DNA of 64,000 nucleotides from Hyphomicrobium sp. (GTDB lineage Bacteria; Pseudomonadota; Alphaproteobacteria; Rhizobiales; Hyphomicrobiaceae): NCBI GenBank assembly GCA_031365865.1, contig JANLYX010000018.1, positions 6,859 to 70,858 of the forward strand, read 5' to 3'. Shown piece by piece: positions 59,508 to 64,000 of this stretch (position 1 is its first letter; each line of letters starts with the position of its first letter). The notes under the pieces were generated by a model. It saw only the letters and a program-made list of their open reading frames with translations, ran no database searches and was not told where the DNA came from. The position numbers and the translations under genes were made by a program.

Positions 59508-62500
59508 ATGTCCGATAAAGCCAAAGCCCCCGAAACATCCACCGGCAAGCCAGAAGGGCGCGACTGGAGCAAGACGCTGTTCCTGCCGCAGACCGAGTTT
59601 CCGATGCGCGCCGGCTTGCCGGAGCTTGAGCCGAAGTTGCTCAAGCGCTGGGACGAGATCGGGCTTTACAAAAAGCTGCGCGCCCAATCGATGGGCCGGG
59701 TCAAGTTCACGCTGCACGATGGCCCGCCGTATGCCAACGGCAACATCCACATCGGCCATGCCCTGAATAAGATTTTGAAGGACCTGGTCGTCAAGTCGCA
59801 GCAGATGCTTGGCCACGATTCCAATTACGTGCCGGGCTGGGATTGCCACGGCCTGCCGATCGAATGGAAGATCGAGGAAGCCTATCGCGCTAAAGGAAAA
59901 GAGAAGCCGAATTTTTCAGACCCGGTGGCGATGAATGCGTTTCGCGCCGAGTGCCGCGAGTTCGCGAAACATTGGTTGAGCGTGCAGCGCGAGGAGTTCA
60001 AGCGCTTGGGCGTCGTCGGCGATTGGGATCATCCGTATTCGACGATGGATTTCCGCGCCGAGAGCATCATCGCCCGCGAGCTGATGAAATTTGCGAGCAC
60101 AGGGCAACTCTATCGCGGCTCCAAGCCGGTGATGTGGAGCGTGGTCGAGAAGACCGCGCTGGCGGAGGCCGAGATCGAGTATCAGGATTATCAGTCCGAT
60201 ATGATCTGGGTAAAGTTTCCTGTTGTTGGTTCGGTCTCTTACTTGAAAGAAAAAGACTCCAACGTCGAGACCGCGCTAGGTGCATCAGTTGTCATTTGGA
60301 CGACCACGCCCTGGACGATACCTGGCAATAGGGCAATCTCATTTTCAAAAAAGATCAGCTATGGACTATTTGTTGTTGACGAGGCACCGCCGGATAATTG
60401 GCTGAAGACAGGCGACAAGCTTGTCCTAGCCCACGAGCTTGCCGATCAGGTTTTCAAACAAGCCAAGGCCATAAAATGGCACAGGCTCGGGACTGTCAGC
60501 CCGGAACTTGCACAAATCGTCTGCGCTCATCCGCTAAATCCGTTGTCTCCGGTGATCCTAGAGTCCGGCGCAGGTTTCGGGGGCGGCTCAGACGAATGGA
60601 TCAATGCATTTGGCGGCCTCTTCCGAAATGTTCTATCGAGTAAGATTGTGGGCCATGAGGATGGCAGCGGTTGGCACACGTCAAACTTTGGCGTTCAGCC
60701 GCCTTACACCTTCCCCGTCCCGCTCCTCGATGGCGATCACGTCACCGACGACACGGGCACCGGTTTTGTCCACACCGCGCCGGGGCATGGCGCCGACGAT
60801 TACATCATCTGGACCAAGAACCAGAAAGCGCTGCGGAAACGCGGTATCGACACGACGGTGCCGTTCACCGTCGACGCCGACGGCGTCATGACGGAGGCCG
60901 CGCCCGGCTTCACCGGCAAGCGCGTGCTCAAGGAAAACGGCGACAAAGGTGACGCCAACGATGCGGTGATCAAGGCTTTGCAAGAGGCCGGCAACATCAT
61001 CGCGCGCGGACGTTTGAAGCATCAGTATCCGCACTCGTGGCGCTCGAAAAAGCCGGTGATCTTCCGCAACACGCCGCAGTGGTTCATCGCCATGGATAAG
61101 GTGCTGCACTTACCCGCCCCCCTTGTGGGGGAGGGCAAGGGAGGGGGGAACTCCGTGAAGGCTGCCGTTGGGGACTCCTCAATTGCGCGCTCCGGGATTC
61201 CCCCCACCCCTAACCCCTCCCCACAAGGGGGAGGGGGATTGAACGCGCCAACGTTGCGGCAGCTGGTGCTCGAGGAGATTACGCGCACGGAGTGGGTGCC
61301 GAAGTCGGGACAGAACCGCATCACGGGTATGATCGAATCGAAACCCGATTGGGTGGTGTCGCGGCAGCGCGCCTGGGGCGTGCCGATCACGGTGTTTCGC
61401 AATTCCGAGACCGAGCAGGTGATCCCGGGGCCCGCGCACGGTTCATCGAATGACGGCGCGTGGACAGATGAAAAAAATGCCGAGCTGATGGCGCGCATCG
61501 AAAAGGCCTTCGCGGAAAAAGGCGCCGACGTCTGGTTCGAGGCGGACGCCAAAGAGCGGTTTCTGAAAGGCCTCATTCCAGATGCGGAAATGGCGCAGTG
61601 GCAGCAGATCAAGGACGTTCTCGACGTCTGGTTCGATTCAGGGTCGACGCACGCCTTCACGCTCGAAGACCCGGTGGCCTTTCCCGGTCTCAAGGGCTTG
61701 ACGCGCCGCATCGATGGCGGCCAAGACAAGGTCATGTATTTGGAAGGCTCGGACCAGCATCGCGGCTGGTTTCATTCCTCCTTGATCGAAGCTTGTGGCA
61801 CCCGCGGCCATCCGCCCTACGATGTCGTGCTGACCCACGGCTTCGTGCTCGACGAGAAGGGTCGCAAGATGGCGAAATCGGACGGCAACGTCGTCGCGCC
61901 GCAGGCGGTCATCAAGGAATCGGGTGCCGACATTTTGCGCTTGTGGGTGGCGTCATCGGATTATTCGGATGACCTGCAGATTGGTCCGACGGTTTTGAAA
62001 ACGTTCAGCGAGACCTATCGCAAACTGCGCAACACCTTGCGCTGGATGCTCGGCGCGCTGGCGCATTTCAAGCCCGGCGATGAAATCGCAGTGGCCAAGA
62101 TGCCGGAGCTAGAACGGCTGATGTTGCATCGTCTCGCCGAACTCGATCCCGAAATCCGCGAGGCGTACAAAACCTATGATTATCGCAAGGTTGTTGGGCT
62201 GTTGTCGCAGTTCATGAACACCGAATTGTCGGCGTTCTATTTCGACATCCGCAAGGACACGCTGTATTGCGATGCGCCGTCGAGCGTGAAGCGCAAGGCC
62301 GCGCTGACCGTCATTGATAGGCTGTGCGACGCCTTGATCAAATGGCTAGCGCCGATTTTGTCATTCACGGCTGAGGAAGCGTGGATGCTGTACAAACCCA
62401 ACGACAGCGAGAGCGTGCATTTGCTGCCGTTTCCTGAAATCCCCCACAAGTGGCGCGACGATAATCTCGCTGGCAAGTGGGACCGCGTGCGGGCCGTCCG

Positions 62501-62861
62501 CAGCGTCGTCACCGGAGCATTGGAAGTCGAGCGGGCGAATAAAAAAATTGGTTCGTCGCTCGAGGCCGAGCCTGAAGTTTACGTCAGCGACGCCGATTTG
62601 ATGAGCGGCCTCGCCGGCGTCGACATGGCGGAAGTTTGCATCACGTCCGCGATCAACATAAGCGCCAAGCCCGCGCCAGCGGGCGCGTTCACGCAAGCGC
62701 AGACAGCCGGCGTTGGCGTCGTCGTCAATTTGGCCGAGGGCACAAAATGCGCACGGTCGTGGCGCATCACCAAGGATGTCGGCAGCGATCCGGCCTATCC
62801 CGACTTGTCCGCCCGCGACGCCGCCGCCATGCGCGAAATCGATAACGGAGGGATGGTGTGA
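59508..62861 (+). CDS. ileS: isoleucine-tRNA ligase (type 1) with two internal insertions
   Basis: [60 protein letters not shown]. Confidence 0.96.
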   Translation: MSDKAKAPETSTGKPEGRDWSKTLFLPQTEFPMRAGLPELEPKLLKRWDEIGLYKKLRAQSMGRVKFTLHDGPPYANGNIHIGHALNKILKDLVVKSQQMLGHDSNYVPGWDCHGLPIEWKIEEAYRAKGKEKPNFSDPVAMNAFRAECREFAKHWLSVQREEFKRLGVVGDWDHPYSTMDFRAESIIARELMKFASTGQLYRGSKPVMWSVVEKTALAEAEIEYQDYQSDMIWVKFPVVGSVSYLKEKDSNVETALGASVVIWTTTPWTIPGNRAISFSKKISYGLFVVDEAPPDNWLKTGDKLVLAHELADQVFKQAKAIKWHRLGTVSPELAQIVCAHPLNPLSPVILESGAGFGGGSDEWINAFGGLFRNVLSSKIVGHEDGSGWHTSNFGVQPPYTFPVPLLDGDHVTDDTGTGFVHTAPGHGADDYIIWTKNQKALRKRGIDTTVPFTVDADGVMTEAAPGFTGKRVLKENGDKGDANDAVIKALQEAGNIIARGRLKHQYPHSWRSKKPVIFRNTPQWFIAMDKVLHLPAPLVGEGKGGGNSVKAAVGDSSIARSGIPPTPNPSPQGGGGLNAPTLRQLVLEEITRTEWVPKSGQNRITGMIESKPDWVVSRQRAWGVPITVFRNSETEQVIPGPAHGSSNDGAWTDEKNAELMARIEKAFAEKGADVWFEADAKERFLKGLIPDAEMAQWQQIKDVLDVWFDSGSTHAFTLEDPVAFPGLKGLTRRIDGGQDKVMYLEGSDQHRGWFHSSLIEACGTRGHPPYDVVLTHGFVLDEKGRKMAKSDGNVVAPQAVIKESGADILRLWVASSDYSDDLQIGPTVLKTFSETYRKLRNTLRWMLGALAHFKPGDEIAVAKMPELERLMLHRLAELDPEIREAYKTYDYRKVVGLLSQFMNTELSAFYFDIRKDTLYCDAPSSVKRKAALTVIDRLCDALIKWLAPILSFTAEEAWMLYKPNDSESVHLLPFPEIPHKWRDDNLAGKWDRVRAVRSVVTGALEVERANKKIGSSLEAEPEVYVSDADLMSGLAGVDMAEVCITSAINISAKPAPAGAFTQAQTAGVGVVVNLAEGTKCARSWRITKDVGSDPAYPDLSARDAAAMREIDNGGMV
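61113..61236. repeat. palindromic repeat element inserted in frame within ileS
   Basis: ~36-bp imperfect terminal inverted repeats (61113-61148 and 61200-61236), translated as [13 protein letters not shown]...[13 protein letters not shown]. Confidence 0.85.
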
Positions 62862-62865
62862 GCGA

Positions 62866-62916
62866 CGTCATCCCCGCGCCGCTTGCCAGAGGCAAGCGGA
62901 TCCGGCGGCGGGGATC
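62866..62916 (+). repeat. CGTC-tagged REP-like element, copy 1
   Basis: CGTCATCCCCGC-GCCGCTTGCC-AGA-GGCAAGCGG-ATCCGGCG-GCGGGGATC. Confidence 0.8.
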
Positions 62917-63014
62917 CACGCAGGCTTCCGCATGCATGGATCGTAGGCTAGCCGCGGTGTCGCTGCATTTGAAGCACGCTCGGATGCCAGGGCCTTGTAC
63001 GGCCGGAGTGCACG

Positions 63015-63398
63015 ATGCCACGCTTCTCGACTCCGATCCTTGTTATTACCGGCCTACCATCGATTGCGTGGATGCTCTGGATCATTTATCTGCAGCTGAG
63101 ATACGGGCACCCAGAAAAGGCCGGTCGCGCCGCAATGATTGGTGTACTCGCGGGCTTTGTCCCGACCTGCGGACTTCGACTCGCGAAGTTGTGCTGGTCG
63201 CTTCGAAAGCGGCTTCAAGCTGGTCTCGGCTCTGGGTCCGAGCAAGCACCAGATGCAGCGCCACCGCGCCAAGCCCTCGTGCTGTGCAGTGCGGACGCTT
63301 GTCTAGATCCCGTGCGCCGGATCCGCTCGCTTTGGGCGAGCGGCCACGGGATGACGTTGGTCGCACCAAGGGACAAGCGGGTATTAGATCTTGTCTGA
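63015..63398 (+). CDS. possible small membrane protein between the inverted REP copies
   Basis: Two hydrophobic stretches near the N-terminus; the 3' end runs into REP copy 2; no homologue recognised. Confidence 0.3.
   Translation: MPRFSTPILVITGLPSIAWMLWIIYLQLRYGHPEKAGRAAMIGVLAGFVPTCGLRLAKLCWSLRKRLQAGLGSGSEQAPDAAPPRQALVLCSADACLDPVRRIRSLWASGHGMTLVAPRDKRVLDLV
63306..63356 (-). repeat. CGTC-tagged REP-like element, copy 2 (inverted)
   Basis: Reverse complement is 40/51 identical to copy 1. Confidence 0.8.
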
Positions 63399-63425
63399 AG
63401 ACGGCTGGCACCATATCCAAGCGTT

Positions 63426-63950
63426 ATGACAATGACATCTCAAACTGTTTGGCTTTGGGGGCGGTACTCGGGCACGGGCGCGCTCGTGGCTTTGCTGACG
63501 CTGGCGGCGGATCAGGCCCACAAGTGGTGGATGCTCGGGCCCTACGACATCGTCGCCAAGGGCCAAGTGACAATCACGCCGTTCCTCGATCTGGTGTTCA
63601 AGAAAAATACCGGCATCAGCTACTCGCTACTCGATATGGCGTCGTTCAAATGGCAAATAGTGCTCTCAGCCTTTGCGGTGGCGGCTAGCGTGTTCATGTG
63701 GGTGTGGCTGGCGCGGCTCGCGTCGGGCCGATTGATGGCGGCCAGCCTCGGTTTGATCATCGGCGGCGCTTTGGGAAATGCTGTGGACCGGATCCGAATT
63801 GGCGGCGTTGCGGACTTCTTCTCGCTGCACGCCTATGGCTTTTACTGGTACGTTTTTAACATTGCGGACGTTGCCATCGTTGCTGGTGTGCTTGGGCTCT
63901 TGTATGACTCTTGGAAGTCGAGTCGCAATGACGCCGCAAAGCCGCTGTAG
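63426..63950 (+). CDS. lspA: lipoprotein signal peptidase II
   Basis: DQAHK, NTGISYS, IIGGALGNAVDR, VADF, YVFNIADVAI. Confidence 0.95.
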   Translation: MTMTSQTVWLWGRYSGTGALVALLTLAADQAHKWWMLGPYDIVAKGQVTITPFLDLVFKKNTGISYSLLDMASFKWQIVLSAFAVAASVFMWVWLARLASGRLMAASLGLIIGGALGNAVDRIRIGGVADFFSLHAYGFYWYVFNIADVAIVAGVLGLLYDSWKSSRNDAAKPL

Positions 63951-64000
63951 GGGCCATGGTTAGGCAACGCCGAGGGTAGTGGCGGAATCCGCCGGGGGAT

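Noticed and set aside
62740-62830. Degenerate IleRS C-terminal zinc finger (CARSW...SARDA)
   Set aside because: Loss of these cysteines is, from recall, common in rhizobial IleRS, so it is not distinctive.
62858-63688. 276-aa ORF overlapping the ileS stop and lspA
   Set aside because: It starts inside the REP copy, overlaps lspA out of frame and has no protein-like composition.

Overview
GC-rich alphaproteobacterial chromosome segment (Hyphomicrobiales, probably Hyphomicrobiaceae-like; inferred from gene content and synteny). Housekeeping blocks lie at both ends: fabI-fabB-fabA/irr/SH3/2-hydroxyacid dehydrogenase-prk-rpe on the left, and ndh-pheT, acyl-CoA synthetase, DUF1013 and maoC-ribF-ileS-lspA on the right. 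They flank a ~37 kb mosaic surface-polysaccharide locus (~11.5-48 kb). The locus encodes a UDP-2,3-diacetamido-uronic acid pathway (wbpB/D/E, a 2-epimerase and a 6-dehydrogenase), a Bordetella-like wbmH-wbmG-wbmF + AsnB module, Wzm/Wzt export, four paralogues of an uncharacterised GT-B-like family, a sulfation set (two sulfotransferases, CysC, CysQ), methyltransferases, an SGNH protein and rmlB/D/A. Highlights: (1) an exported transglutaminase-like (Cys-His-Asp) enzyme inserted between wbmG and wbmF with a perfect CtrA box upstream, suggesting cell-cycle-controlled editing of a sulfated/amidated polysaccharide; (2) an orphan DUF2793 tail-fibre-like protein with 93-aa repeats inside the locus; (3) a palindromic repeat element inserted in frame in ileS, plus a second low-GC insert in its editing domain; (4) an inverted pair of 51-bp CGTC-type REP-like elements with four compensatory base-pair changes. 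All family assignments come from motif recognition and recall, not from database searches. No rRNA, tRNA, CRISPR array or transposase was seen.
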